DNA of 64,000 nucleotides. It comes from Balanoglossus misakiensis. Taxonomy: Eukaryota > Animalia > Hemichordata. Location: contig CM082591.2 of assembly GCA_040954595.2 (NCBI GenBank), forward strand, positions 1,291,882 to 1,355,881, read 5' to 3'. Of this stretch, positions 13,139 to 27,738 are shown one piece after another (within the stretch, counting starts at the first letter, position 1; every line of letters starts with the position of its first letter). The position numbers and the translations under genes are program-made. A model generated the notes under the pieces. The model saw only the letters and a program-made list of their open reading frames with translations. It was not told where the DNA came from and did not search any database.

Positions 13139-16100
13139 CTATGATTCCGATGCACTGTCCAGTTTAGAGAGGAGTACCTGGGTGCCTTTTGTGCTAGTGT
13201 GACTGAGTTCTTTCTTGGCTGGTGTCAGAATGTCTATTACTCTAGTTCTGATGTCTTCTTTGCCGTTCTCCAACATGCTAGATTACAAGGAGATATAAAA
13301 TGTACATTAGAGTTGAAAACAAGTCTTTCATGCTATATATACTTGTAATAATAACAGTAATTGTGTCAAGAACAGTTCACAATAAATCCACATGTCCCTA
13401 AATCCACTCACCTGCATAAAACGAAAGCTGATCTGTTGACTTTAGCCCAGCTAATTAGATATTGATCATCAACGGTATCCAATAGTACCTTGGAAAACAA
13501 CTCTGAAATAGAAAATTGGGGAAAATAAGTTAATGTTCTGTAAATACTATCATGTACCACCCCTATATTTGATTCAGTTCTATTGTCTTCAGTGATAGAC
13601 TAGTCCACTTCATAGCAGAATAGGGGTGGGAGCCTTACCTTCAGTGTCTGCTCTGTCTTTGTCTTGTTGGATCAGCCTTTTCAAGAATAAATGGCCAGCT
13701 GGGTGTTCAACTATATGCATCTGGAATAAATGTCCTATTGTCAATTATATGCAGATCATCAATGATAAAATAATTAGCTACAAAAGAGAACTGTGATTGT
13801 GACATATCTGTTTTCTGTGCTATGATTGGTCAAATCATTGTCACATGGGATGAATTATATGGTAATGGTTTTTACACTATTGCCTGGCCGGGCACTAGGC
13901 CCAACAACTCTTTCAAGGAAGGTGATTTATAATACACATGTTGTGACTATGAGTCACCCTAATTTGAGGGTGACCTCACTTTCCTCGGGGGAGATAGACG
14001 TATGCTGTTGCACTTCAACTTCCTTACCTCGTCCAGCATCTCACTGGAATCCTTCACTTGAGGGATGAACTCTTCAGCTGCTAATGTAGCTATGGCAACC
14101 ATAGCTGGCCTCTTATCTCCTGAAAAATTATACAGAGTTGACTTGCGTATTGAGATCACTTTATATTCAAATGTTGGTAGTTCAACTCAAAACACTCTAA
14201 AGGTTTTCCTGGGCAAACTTTTAGCTTTTCATTTGCAAATTTTGCAAAACATAAAAGTTTAGGAATTACCATGTGCATGCTGTAAAACAGCTAACACTAA
14301 CTGACTGTATGATTTGTCGTAAACTAGAGTCTTGGGGTCTTCAATCACTAACTGGAGGAGCTTAGGAGATACGAACTCAACTAACTCTTTGTGTCGGATG
14401 TCTTTCGCCTTTTTACTGGAAGAAATTGTAGAACACTTGTTTTAGCCACTAAATGTTGACACAATCAGATATGTTTTGTAACAGGTGTGCTAGACGAACT
14501 AACAGCCGGTCAAGGCATTTAATATACCTATAATATATTGCTTAAGGCCTGAAAGGGTTAATGTGTGTTATGACAGCACACTGCCTTATGGATTTCGACC
14601 TACCTGCTGGGATTTCCGTCTCCCTGTTGAACAATCTTCACCACATCCGGGTGACAGTAGCTAGGGTCGCGACCTCCCAGTAGATACAGTAATACCTTGC
14701 GGCCACACGCGTTCATAGCCACTGCTTTCAACTCTCCCAATAACTCCTGAAAAGATGGGAGAATTAGTGAGCTTTGTAGACATTAATCACTTTACAAATC
14801 ACTTGTTTTATGAAACCAGAAGTCACCAGGCAAGGGAGGGTGAATGTGGTTTCAAGACAATCGCGCAATATCTCATCGAATATGTACACCAAGATACATG
14901 TAAATCACAAATATAGAATGATAAATAAACAATGAAGATTATATAAATACTTACATTCAAAATTACTTTAGACACCAGTTTAGTATCATCTACTGAATCA
15001 AAGATGGCTGCTAAAACAAGATACCCATGCTCTTCTTGACAGATTTTAACAACAAACGTCTTGAACGATTTGATGATTGCCTTACGGTCCTGTGACAAAA
15101 GAAAATATCAGAAAGTATGAATTAATAATCCTTTGTCTTGTCGTTTAAATTAAATCCAGTCACATTGCAATGTTGGTTCAGGTTGATGTACATATGAACA
15201 TGTCTGGACTTGAAAGAACAATTCCTCAATTTCCAATATTTTTCATCTGGAAAATCAGCCGGCTATTGGCCATTTTGTACAACACTGTTACACTCAGACT
15301 ATTGATAACCTTACTTTGTTCTCGATGTTGGGGAATATCAAAACACAGTGAAGGATTATTATATGCTAACCTTAGCAGTGCCATACCACACACATTGCAT
15401 CGCAACCCGACTGCCATCATGAGTGTGTAGAATCTGAACCACGACTTCGCGCATATGTTCGATGATTTCCTGAAAATAAAAGATGAGTTTGTTTGTGTGT
15501 GTTGAGGTAAACACTTTTGAGGTAGCCATTGTCATGTTTTCAGTTTCCAAGTGCTACTTTGAAACAAAATATAAACATTCATTCATTCATTTAAGGACAA
15601 ATGATGATAAAACTTACTGTCTTCGTTTTAACATCTGCATATGTAAAATAGTCTAATAACGTCTTGTGTACAATGCTATGTTTAACTGCAGATCTGAAAA
15701 GAAACAGAAAAATATATAACACTTTAATCCGATCAAATTTATATGGTGTATATTTAGCATGAGATCCCTCTAATGATTGAAGATGGCGATAGAATTATTA
15801 CTTACTTTTCAAGCAGTATTGTAATCATTTTCTTCAGATGTTTCAAAATGAAGTCTTTCTTCTCTGGATGGTCTCGAAGTAAATCCGCCAAGGTCAAATG
15901 CTTTTCTGTCTGTTATAAAATGAGTGCAGAATAAATCAATTTCAATATGACTCTAAACTAGCATGACCGATAAACTTCAATATGTTAAACATGGCAGAAA
16001 TCCGCCATCTTGAAATTCTTGAGATTTTTATCACTAACCTAGGTAGCAAATGCCTATTTAATGTAGTGAGCATTGAACTTACTTTAAATACTGTATATTC

Positions 16101-17578
16101 CGCGCCATAGAATTCTTCTAGCAAGGAAGCTCTTTGCCTAGCATTAGCATAGTTGTTATAAGCAGACTCCAATACTTCACTGGCTTCCTTGTGTCGTATC
16201 AACTTGGCAACGTTGCCATAGAAACTTCTGATTATTTGATCTTTTTGTCCTTTTGTGCCATATCTCAGCATCTTCAATGCATAGAACTTACTGTACTTGT
16301 TTTTACAGATGGCTAAAAGGTCATCTATTGAACAAAACAAAGTTTGGTTATTTTCAGTCTTTAATGATTGCTCAAATCAATTCCTTTTAGCCCCTGAAAA
16401 CTCTGGAGACAACAATGATTGAGTGAAAGAGATCTTACCTTTCAGTTCTTCAAACAAAATTGTCCTTTGTTCGGGAGACCCATACTGTATACAACATTGG
16501 AGAACTCGTACTGTGTCATGTGCAAACACCAACTAGAAAAAAATCCAGCAAATGTTACGTTCAAAGTGCATATCACCAGATATTATTTTAAATTATTAAT
16601 CCAAATTTTAATATACCACCTTTGGCCAAATTCTCCCCTTTGCCAATTTCTGTTTTTCTCACTAGAACAGTAATTCTTGTTTTAGAAAAACAAGGTCTGA
16701 ACTTACCTCTTTCGCTTTACCTTTCACTAAACCATACAACTCAGACATGACTTTCTTTCTGGTTTCTTCACTGCAGTCATGCCTGAATGTTTAAAAAAAA
16801 ACAGAAAAAAAAACATTCAGTAAAATCAAACTTTGTAAGTGTGATAAAGCTGAAACAGTTGATAACTTGGATCAGATTTGTACTTTAAATGTTTTCCTCT
16901 CATTCTCTCTGTGGTTTCGTCCGGTGTTAAAGTGTGAAGATGATGATGATGATGATGATAATGTTTTGCCAGTCATACCTTCTGACCGTCTCCCAGATTG
17001 TCTTGGCTCTCTTGGAAAGTTCATAGTTGTTCTTCATTTGCCTTCTCACTTGCTTTCTATCTTTACGAGTCATTTCAAACAGTTTGGCCTTCTTGTCATC
17101 ATCTGAAAAAAAAAGTAAAATTAATATGTAGTAGAGACAGCATCACACAGAAATCAAGAGCCAGTATTGAGGGAAACAGACTTTTCAAAAAGTTGTTTTT
17201 CATTTTATAAAAATCCCTCAAAGCCTCTATGGTGGCAGACGCAAAAACACAAGATTTAATTCTTCTCATTTTGTCCGTACCTTCACCTTTACTGTCCTTT
17301 TTCATTTTAAGCTTTTTATCTTTGCTACTACTGAACTCCTTTGTCTGTTTCTTTTTAATCTTTGGATAACCTTTGCTTTTCTTTTCCAGACCATTCTTGG
17401 ATTTTGTCTTCTTTTCTTCCATTCCTTCCTTTTTCTTGATCGTCTTCAATTTCGCATCACCAGATTCCTTCGTCTTGTCACCATCTTTCTTGGATTTCTT
17501 CTTCACGGTCACATGATCATCGTCTTGTTCAACTTTCCTCTTCTGTTTCCTCAGTTTTACTTTTTCTGTTTCTGCCAT
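13139..17578 (-). CDS. PUM3: Pumilio homolog 3 / Puf-A (Puf6, penguin) nucleolar RNA-binding protein, multi-exon
   Basis: Lys-rich N-terminus; HDTVRVLQCCIQYG, KYSKFYALKMLRYG, LIRHKEASEVLESAYN, ILHTHDGSRVAMQCVWYGTAK|DRKAIIKSFK, FDSVDDTKLV, HIVEHPAGHLFLKRLI. A non-coding 5' exon donor lies at ~17957. Confidence 0.95.
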
Positions 17579-19714
17579 TTTGCTGAGACTGTACGATAAG
17601 AAAATTCAAACAATTGCTCAGAAATCTTGCATAGATCAATATTTGCTAATTTGCTAATACCGGGGTAATATTAGGTTGGCCAAGTGTTAGCTAAGGGCCA
17701 CTACTGATTACTAGTATGTAGCTGTGCGTTCAATTTCGGCGTTACACGAAGACCGTGTATACACCGGAAACATACACAGATAATGAGATATGTACACCAC
17801 CATCATCATGGACAATTTTTGGTGTACCCACAAGTCGTACACATTGGATAGCCCCTGATATCAACTGTGTCAACACACCATACGCAAGCAATGAATTTTT
17901 AATGTCAACTGCGGAAATTGTAGGGGAAAATAAACCTAAATCTCGCCAATACTCACCTGCTGCCAGCGTTTTCCGATGATCGAGTAAATAAAACACCACA
18001 TGGACTAGTTGAACACTGCGCATACTCAGTGACCCTTGAGGTCACGCAGTGGTACACAGCGCCCTCTTGCGTCGAGTATTTGTGGACATTTCGTTTCGGA
18101 ATTTGGCAGTTCGAGCTTGCCTTAAGTGAGGGTCCCCCCCCCCCCCTCTCTCTCTCTCGCTCGAGACGACCTAGCTATCCACACTAGTGACAGCAATAGT
18201 TAATTTACACACCATTCACAACCAAGATGGCCGATAGGGTCTACTGGCACCGCAAATGTAGGGGAACAACCCTGGTATAAAGAAACAACGGGGTCCCTTT
18301 TGTGATCAGCTGCTTTGAACAGACCGCAGTCCATCTGAATAGACTATAACCATCTTTCAAGCAACTGTTTCTGCCGAGGGGTTGTGGTCTATCAAAAGTG
18401 ACACCCCGTGGCAATTTCAAGCTATCACAGGCTTTTAAAACCACAACAATTTCCTTTCTTCCTGCAAAGACATTTACACCGCCCCTGCCTCTGACGGAAA
18501 CACAGCTGCCTGAAGGGATTGTGTGTTTTCATGGCGACTTTTAAAAATTCAGTGAATATGGGTGCCTATAGAGTCGGCCCATGCTACTGTCATGAGAACA
18601 GTGTGTGGGTCGTTTCTTTTCGCGATATCTCTTTCAGATGACTCCATGACAAATACTAGTACCCATTTCTATATTTTTCAAATATGTGAAAGAAATCGCA
18701 GAAGATACTCAAACAAAAATGCCCCAAGGGTTGTAAAGTACAGTCACAAATTTGAAAACCGTGCTCTGTGATCGAGCCGTGTGGGTGTGGTACCTTCTGC
18801 AACAGTCGCGCACACATCCGCGACAGTTCAATTTTTTTCTACATATCCCCAGATCGATGCAACCCAACAGCACTGAGAATTGATTAGTAAGCTTTACACC
18901 GACCCGCTGCCTATTCAGCTTCCCCTCAGTCATATTTTCTCAGTCGATAATAGGCATAGACCATTTCAACAATAATGGAAAATGAAGACAGCTTCGGAAA
19001 TGAATTTCGGGAGCCAGCTCCAGGCTGTCGTTATTCAAGTAAAACACCGTTGCCTTTAGACTTATTTCCACTTCATGATTGAATAGGTCTGACAAACATT
19101 GCAGGATTCAAAGTAAACCGACACTGACGTTGATACACTTTATTATAGCGACTGTTTCCTTTAAAAGTAATCATTTTTTAAAATCAAAATCGGCCCCATT
19201 TTCATGATATTTGGAGCTGACCAGTAGCCAACATACAAGCGACGCTGAAAATCTCTGAAAAGTGCATGGCGATTGAAACAAGTTGTCACAAACCACCACG
19301 AAATTCGTTCTACAAATATTAAAACAGTGACGTGATGATGACGTTCCTAGAGTTTATTTCTCGGCCACCATTGTTTTTGTTCCAAATACCTCATACATGC
19401 TTTCTCACCTTTGAATAGCCTTACAGTTTACTGCCAAGATAATGAATGTCTACTGTCGTGCCATCCAGTCCCAACCAACAGAAACGACTTTATTCAACTT
19501 CCATTGTGTGGTTAAGCCCACACATCAAAAACAAGACGTCATGATGTTTGCTGACGTTACAGCCCCGGACCCGGCGGTGGTGTATATATAAATAGTCTGC
19601 TGATATGTCTCAGTGTACATCCACGTTTCCTCAAAAGTCCCTATTTGCTTTTTTGTACGTTACGGCGTATAGCAGAACCGTAAAACCCCGCAGATCTGCC
19701 TTCGGGCAAAGCGT

Positions 19715-19800
19715 GCGGGCTGCCTCTATGTCTTCGGGGGTCTGCCTCTATGTCTCAGAGGGCTGCCTCTTTGTCTCCGGGGGCTGCCTCTTTGTCCCCT
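19715..19800. repeat. Short GC-rich tandem repeat, ~21-22 bp unit (ggctgcctctwtgtctc), ~4 copies
   Basis: Directly visible repeated ctgcctct(a/t)tgtc units. Confidence 0.75.
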
Positions 19801-22221
19801 GCTTGGAAGAATGAATTCACAATATCTTGGCAAGTCATTGTAATCGCTTTTCTACAATCGCACCGCGGTATGTTCCTGGCAGCTGAGTACGTGTTGGTTA
19901 AAATGTGGATGTGTGTGAATTCACTCGACTGAACACGACCATACTGAAAGGCCCGGGGTTAGTGATATCCGAAAGAAAGTAAACTCGAAAAATGAAAGTC
20001 TTAAACTTTTTTTTTCATATTTGAATAGACCCCTATTACAATTCTGAAGGTAGCTCTTCCATTTTCCGAATAATGGATTGGAAGTTGAATGCCACAGGCC
20101 AGATGAGTTGAACTCGTTCTTGATTGTTGTTTTGTTGCCGTCGTTTCAAGTCTCCAGTTAGAATACCCGGCTCTTCAGACCTCAAAAACACGCTTATGTT
20201 GGCCTTTGTAGAGTATAAGGAGGCCCTATCAAGAATATCAGCATGTGACTTGAGTATTGTGCTTGTGCCGGTTCTTCAGTTTTGGCGGAAATCGAAGCTT
20301 GTTATCCATCACGGTGGTATTCACCAGATATCACGCATAAATAATACATTATATCGTGATTAATACAATGATTCTACTATCGTGACATGCAGAGAATAGT
20401 CAGAAAACAACGACACGTTCGACAGATTTTCTATGCGGGTTCTTCAAAGTTCACAGGATGCACGCAAGAGATCACCAAGGGCGGTTGAGGGAGAAATCCC
20501 TTTTTTCTTGTTCGGTTTTCGGAAAAGACACGGATAGAAACTCTTTGGTTTTGTGGCGCATTCTAGATAAACGGTTCTTGTTGGGGGGTATGTACAGTTT
20601 AGACATGACGTTGGTTTAAAAAAATAGTATACGGTGAACTCTTTTATTCACACAATCCGAAATAATTTCCCACAGCAGGGATCCAGTTGTGTGAAAAGCA
20701 AAGCAATACCGTCCTCCCAACACAACAACGGAAATTTGCCCAAACACTCCTGCGTCATTCGCCTTAGCAACTTAGCAACACAAAGTAGTCAACGTGGATA
20801 AAACGGAAACTCTTTTTGGTGTTTATCTCACATTTATTATAATAGTTCATTTTTGACTTTATGATTCATCATTTCTGTTTGAAATGGTCTGTTAGTTTCA
20901 GAGTTAGGCAAAGATACCCTGGGTAGGATACAAGTAAGACTGGCACGAATATATGAACGCACACTGGGCATATACGATACTTATGCCTTGAAGATAACAC
21001 TCATTCGTCTGATCGATGTAGTTTCACTGGGCCTAGACCTTTTAACGAATAATTTTCTGTCGCTTATTGATACACGGCACACAGGGCAGTTTGTGAAACT
21101 TGCGTTAAAAATCACCTCAGCCTTGGGCGGCTATCGTTTGCATCTGTACTGATTATAATGAACTTTAACTGGAAGAAAATTCCGCTAAAAAGAAATCTCC
21201 GATACACTGATGTAATTTTCTTGTGATTTCGCATTGTAGGGATGGTAATCTATTCTTGTCGATCACGTTGACCAGAGGGTATAAACTGTTGTGCGTGACG
21301 TGAAACAAAGATTATGGATACATGTCTTTCGAAATCATTGTCCGCTTCATATTTACTACAAAATAAGTATTTGCGTAAACAACTTGCTATTCCTAATTTC
21401 TTGTCTGTCAGAAGAGCTCCTGAAATAATTCTATTTCAGTCCACATTTTACTACAATATGTTATTATTCTTACATCACTTGTCACATTTTGTGATTTCGT
21501 CATGTAGGTCGTATTCGTGTATATCGATCCCTTAAGCTTTTGCGATGGACTGTCTACAGACAGACAGACATACAGTTAAACACGCACATTTAGATTGAAG
21601 TCGATTAGAACTATTGTGGGGAGTATTTGCATGCGGATAAACTGCGTAAAATTCACAGCATGGTCACGTATTACGCACTCGCTTTAAATGTCATTTCGTT
21701 CTGTTCATATAATGGCAAAGTTACGACATTCGCCCAAGTACAATGAATACAACACGTTTTATTCGTGTGCAATAATCCCAACATGGTGTTAGGCTGGTGA
21801 GCAGATTCACAAATCTCAGAAGTTAATCCACACAAAAGTCTACAATTAAATATATTTTGACAAATCTATAGAGCCTTCGCAAATGCGGTAAATATTCCCG
21901 TCTCTTTTAAACATTGAATATATACAGTCCATCAAAAGAGTATATAGATATAGACAATAGATATTTAGTCAGAACTTAATTTGTTTACTGGGAAACACAT
22001 GATCAGCTGTGCATAACATTTGCCCTTTAATAAACAAATAGATATATGAATGTTAAATTTAATAATATTGTTAGAGGAAACTATGGAAACACCTTGTCAT
22101 AAGTTACATAAAATGACAGTTACATAAAATACATTACGCCATCTAAAATGTCATTTTTTTCACAGAGTTACTAGGTGAAATGGGTCCTACTACCTATTAT
22201 TACATAAACATTGTGAATAGA

Positions 22222-22340
22222 CAACTTTCCGCTCATTGCGAGATCTCGCGAGACTTGGTTAATCACCATAGTAATGAGTTGCTAGAGAAGTAATAGTAAT
22301 ACAAACGAAGCATTGTATGAAACTACAATAGGTGCAGAGT
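22222..22340 (+). repeat. Dispersed ~115 bp repeat, copy 1
   Basis: tttccgctcattgcg...ttgtatgaaactacaataggtgcagagt, shared with 29638-29753. Confidence 0.7.
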
Positions 22341-22510
22341 ATAAGAATACATTCTAATTACTGTACCGTTTAACATGATGCGTTGTTATTCTTCAATAGA
22401 CCCACGAGAACACCCCCCCCCCCCCACCACAGAAACTGCCTGGCCAGGCGAGATCTCGAAGGATCTCGTGGAGATGGGAATATGGTCTATTGAGCCTATT
22501 ATTGAATTCT

Positions 22511-23494
22511 CTAGACTATTCTGAGTTCAGTCGATCCTCCTGTTGTAGTGTCTGTCGCCTGCTCTTCAATGGCGGTCTGGCGCTTAAACCCAAATGCATG
22601 TGGAATGCTTTGGCGGAACTGCTCGTATTGAAAGGCATAAATGAAGGGATTCACACACATGTTACAGAAAACCATCAGAATTGAAATATTATGGAGATAG
22701 CCGAGAAAATCGATGTAACCGCCGAGGTTGAAATAGAGGAGACTGAGCTGATTGGGTCCCCAGCAGACAGCATATACCACACCCACGATCAGAAGGGTTT
22801 TGACCACATTCTTTTGAGCTCGACGGAGGTAGTTGCCTCTGGCCGCCATGTTGTCGCCAGTGGTCGGGATCACTTGGTTGTGTCTCAGCACCATCCACAT
22901 TCGGATGTAACAGTACGCCATCAGCGTCAGGGGCAAAAACCAGGCGAAGAGGAAAAACAGGCAGCCGGTCAGAACTCCATAGATGAAGCTTGTTGTTCTG
23001 ATGCAGGCACCATCTACCAGACTGAATGGTAACCCCCACAGAAACTCGATTGGCATCCCGACAAACCATTCAGCGATGATGATGTTTCTTATTTTCTTCT
23101 TGGTCACCCATCCGCGATGAAAGATGGGATAGCATATGGCGGCGTATCTCTCTATTGTCACTGCGGACAGGTTGGTGGTGGAGGTCAGAAACAAGGACCA
23201 CATGAAGAAATCCGAATACCAGAATTTGCAGAACATGTCGCCCAGAACCCCCAACGGTGGGGCGCGTTTGCCGAACTTCAGTAACAAGAACAGGAGTGAA
23301 CTGGCCAGGTCTACGAGGGATTGGTTCAAAATGAATAGATGTGTGGCACCTCTTAGTCGGGAAGAACGACAGATAACGAACACTACAAACAAGTTTCCTG
23401 TGATACCGATGGCACCAACAACAGAGTAGACGAAATGTAGATGGCGAAGGATTGGTAAAACTGCGGGCGCAGCTGCTGAACTATTACTTTCCAT
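22511..23494 (-). CDS. Intronless class A GPCR, peptide-receptor-like (galanin/allatostatin-A/somatostatin-receptor-like orphan)
   Basis: Seven TM segments: GITGN, NQSLVD, ERY, CWGP, NPFIY. N-terminal NSS sequon. First ATG is at 23494 (the ORF track start is a TTG). Confidence 0.9.
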   Translation of the reverse strand: MESNSSAAAPAVLPILRHLHFVYSVVGAIGITGNLFVVFVICRSSRLRGATHLFILNQSLVDLASSLLFLLLKFGKRAPPLGVLGDMFCKFWYSDFFMWSLFLTSTTNLSAVTIERYAAICYPIFHRGWVTKKKIRNIIIAEWFVGMPIEFLWGLPFSLVDGACIRTTSFIYGVLTGCLFFLFAWFLPLTLMAYCYIRMWMVLRHNQVIPTTGDNMAARGNYLRRAQKNVVKTLLIVGVVYAVCWGPNQLSLLYFNLGGYIDFLGYLHNISILMVFCNMCVNPFIYAFQYEQFRQSIPHAFGFKRQTAIEEQATDTTTGGSTELRIV

Positions 23495-23684
23495 CACGCT
23501 GAAATTTCGAATCTCCAAGTAAAAGACCCTCGGGTATTGCTGTTGCCTTGAAATTAGTGTTTGTTCATTTTCCTTGCTGTGGATTTTCGCCTAAAGTGAA
23601 AAGGGAAAAAACCTATTAGAATAGATGAGAAATGTGCTCGGTAGGAATACCGTTTGTTCTCTGGGTTAGTAGTTGCAAGTCGAT

Positions 23685-24075
23685 GAATGATGTGTAGCAG
23701 ATACACTAACATTGTAACACAAAGTAAAGTCTTCATTGTTTGCAGTTGTTATACATTGTAGCAGTTACACTACAGTGTAACACAAAGTAACAACCATGCG
23801 CATTGTTTGCAATGATGCACTTTGTTGCAGATACTTTGCAACACAAAGTAAAGCCCCCATTGTTTCCAATGATATACATTGTGGCAGTTACACTACAGTG
23901 TAACACAAAGTAACAACCACATAGTTTGCAATGATGTACATTGTAGCAGATACACCAATACTGCAACACAAAGTAAAATCCTCGTTGTTGCAATGATGTA
24001 CACTGCAGTGCACTGAAGCAGTTACATTTTGCACCTACTTTGACTTGCTGTCAACTGTGTCGTATGAGAACCCAT
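23685..24075 (+). repeat. 62-bp minisatellite-bearing dispersed element, copy 1 (~5 units)
   Basis: Unit ttgtttgcaatgatgtacattgtagcagttacactacagtgtaacacaaagtaacaacca, followed by tail ttgcacctactttgacttgc. Confidence 0.85.
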
Positions 24076-26277
24076 ACCCGCATTTGAAGATGAGATGGTA
24101 CAAATGTATACCCTTCAGCAATGCGTGGATGTCGATATCTTTAAAAAGTGATCGCTATATGAAGAATATCACTAATTTTTCCCTTATATGAATCGGTCTG
24201 CCGACATCATAATTAGTTTCTGGTTTCGGGTATGTATGCATGCAATTTATACTTCCATGTCGTTTTATGGCAATTAATGATCCAGTTAAAACATTATTCG
24301 ATTTTTTTCCTGTTGAGTCGCCAGAATAGCCTGATTACAATTTCCTAGGTGCACCTAAGTGTAAAAACAACTTGCGGGGAACATTTAAGCGCAATTTTCA
24401 TCAAACTTATGCAAGCGTCGTCATGACAACGCCATTTCGCAGTGGGAATAAGACCAGAGGATATATATGATCTATGCTGAGAATAGAACTAATACTGCAT
24501 GTATATATGTAATTGCCTTACCCATTTTGCTTCATACCGAAAGCACAGGGTCTGAAATGTTTTCGACTTCGCATACTTACATATGGCGTTTACCTATACT
24601 TGGATAATTTAGTATTTCCAACAATATTTTAGACTTCATAACTGAAAAAGTAGGATAGGAAAACCCTGCTTTCTTTCAGTTATTCTATTTAAAAGTCATT
24701 GAAATACAATATATAAACATCAAGAAAATGACAATTCTAAATTTTTAAAAAATTAGAATTTTAAATTTAGTCTCCTACCTTAACGGTAATAATTGTCTGT
24801 CTGTCTTCCACTGATTAGTGTGTTAACGCTGCTACGTTGAAAGGCGGCACTCGTCAGCTTGTACACGATATCTTCAGTTGTGTGCTTCTTCCAAAGTCTG
24901 ACAACTCCTTATGATCGTTTACATATAATTTCTTCAAGCTAAGCCATCTAGTCACGCTGTGCCGTTCAATCTGATTGGTTGGTCGCTGCCACTCCCACTT
25001 GAACTGCCCTATCGAATTAGTCATATTATCAACCAATCACAAATCCCGAGACTAACAAATATGTTTACGATGTTTTCTAGTTGGACGGTTGGTTTTAAAC
25101 TTTTGCATATTACGTGGTCGTGCATAAGTCATATTTGTGACCCCTAGATGACTTTTCATCCTCGTCTTCTGTTGGTACACAATCTTTCCTTTCTGTGCCA
25201 GTGGCTTCAGCGCATTTTACGTGTCACTCAGTAAAATTTGAGAGGGCAAAACCTGAAATAAATGAGCGATGTGGCTTCTTAAGAATTTGGCGAGTATAGA
25301 ATCTCCATCAGCCTCAGGGCATTTGCGTGACCTTCATTATTGCTGATTTTGCTAACTCCATATTTTTGTGTTGAAATTACCGTCGTTAACATATCATTTT
25401 CAAGGTTGTCGTTGCTTTTAACACTTCAGGTAATGTTGACCTGATTTCCGATTTATGTGTTATCAACACACCACCAAGTGGTTGCAAAACACGTCAACGG
25501 AAATTAAATCATTACTTTTCTTGGCATGAATAGTTCATCAGAATTCTTCGGTGCCGTTTTGAAACCCTATTTCTTGACACTGTTTCCCGAGAAATGCAAT
25601 TGACGTACATCATTCAATATCAAGCCCAATATTCAACAGCAAAGTGCGTTTTACCACCGATTGATATGCGGTACAAAATTTGGGTGTGCCATTTTTTATT
25701 TTATAACAGCTTATTCAAACATTTTGAAATAAACTTAGCTGTTTCAAAAGAGGTACATTCGACACACGCGAGACTCGGTACAGGAGAAAATGAAACCAGT
25801 TGAAGGATACAATACTTAGGATTTGTAAACATCTTTCATTGACCCTAGTTTGTTAAAACTGGATTATTTCTGCTTGACAAGTCCTTTAAAACCATGTTTG
25901 TGATTTATTTTCTCCGGCCAATCTGACCGACATTCATAGCGATAACACTCCAATTTCCCGTATTTGCACTTACGCGTTTCATCAGCTCATATGAAAAACG
26001 CAGGTAAAGAAAATCCTATAAGGTACACCCGAATTTCAAGTATCTGGTGATTCAGGTGCAAATTGACGAGGCGTTAAAGAAGCCTTCGCGATTTGCAACT
26101 GGAAGTCGAGAAAACATGATCTAAAAATCACGTCTCAATTTTCAGTCTCTAGGGCAGTCGATTATTAGACACGACTTTGGCTCAAAATGGGTATTTGGTT
26201 GCTAAGCGGATATGGGTTTATCCCCTGCGAATGTTTATCTCTTCGAAAAGCTAGTTCAGAGGATTATAGATGGGACA

Positions 26278-26676
26278 TTAAGGTAGATGACTAGTCAAAA
26301 ATTAGCATATTGTGACGTCATTCTCCTGATTCATATACACTTATATATTTTACATAAATGAATTTTAAATACACAAAGAGAAAACAGAGTGTTCCCATGC
26401 TACTTTTTCTGTCAGGAGATTTCAAATATTATGTAAATGCTGAGTCAACACTATTTTCACACTACGAATGGCATAGTTTTCCTGAGGTAAAATATCTTAA
26501 TAACTCAGATGACATAGTGGTTTCTTTATAACATTTAATAACACTCTTCTTTTGGTACCCTTTGTGAAAATTTGAAGAATATGTCATTATTGTAACACTG
26601 TTTTCTCAACGTTTCTACATGTAAGGTTATGGGGTGCGATAACCATGCACTGCATCTAGGAAGTCATCTACCTTAA
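26278..26676. mobile_element. TTAA-flanked non-autonomous DNA transposon (Kolobok-like, GG termini)
   Basis: Perfect inverted ends ttaaggtagatgact (26278-26292) and agtcatctaccttaa (26662-26676); no ORF inside. Confidence 0.75.
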
Positions 26677-27412
26677 CAGAAATTGAGTATCTTCGGCGAT
26701 ACAAATCCGATAATAAAGTTATAAATATAGTGGATAGGCATAGAGTTAAGAAGGTAGCTTACATTTTCACATGAATCCTTACTTTCACTGGCAGTGAAAT
26801 GACAGTAAAGAAACAAGATTTGGGGTAACATTTACATTACTAATAATCGAAAATAACTGATAAAATATTAAACAACATGACATTTGATCTATGTGATTTC
26901 ATACAAGCATTGACGTCAGAATCAATCACTTTAATCAGACTATAGGCGCATTATAAATTTCCTTTATTATCATTATTTCTTATGAATGATGTGCCTAGTG
27001 TAAACAACAGCTTGCAAGGTGGTATGGATTCGTGTGCGAAAAGGCTCTGGAAATGTTTCAACCAAACATGATCCCAGCACTATAACTTATTCTATACATC
27101 ACAAAACCCTCGTTGACAGACATTTGACTTGTACATGTGTGTGAGTACATTCTTCCTTCACCAAGCTAAATGTGAGTTACATACTGGGCATAAGTCGTAA
27201 ATTTGTGATCGCAAAGCGGTAACACCTATTGCATACAAGCTGGTACATGTGATTTATTAACGGGATTAGCTGAGGTGACACACTCTTAAAGGGATGGGAC
27301 GTCCGAACTGCACATGTGCGACTTATATAAACACATCATCGGCATTCTTCCCACTGTTGATTGAGACTCTGCCAACTAATACATAACATATCAAAGACAC
27401 TTGGAAATGTGA

Positions 27413-27642
27413 TTGTTTTGCATGATGTAAAGTGTAATACAAATTAACCATATTGTTTGCAATGATGTACATTGTAGCAGTTACACTACAGTGTAATACA
27501 AAGTAACAACCATATTGTTTGTGATGATGTACATTATAGCAAATACACTACAGAGTAATACAAAGTAACAACCAATTGTTTATGATGATGTACATTGTAG
27601 CAGTTACACTTTGCACCTACTTTGACTTGCTAGCAACTCTGT
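27413..27642 (+). repeat. 62-bp minisatellite element, copy 2 (~3 units)
   Basis: Same unit (tacactaca at 27482 and 27544) and the same ttgcacctactttgacttgc tail. Confidence 0.85.
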
Positions 27643-27738
27643 CATATTTTATTGTGAACCTGTAGAATGGTTAAAGATTAAACAATCAATAGGGAAACGA
27701 TAACATACCTTCCTACAAAAAGAATCATTCGTTTCAAA

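Noticed and set aside
13300-17100. Intronic snoRNAs in PUM3
   Set aside because: No convincingly paired C/D boxes or H/ACA hairpins found by eye; an Infernal or snoscan run is needed.
18100-22200. Short ORFs in the intergenic stretch
   Set aside because: No recognisable motifs or consistent exon chain; probably repeat remnants.
23685-24075. CRISPR-like regular repeats
   Set aside because: Head-to-tail 62-bp units with no unique spacers, no cas genes, eukaryotic context.
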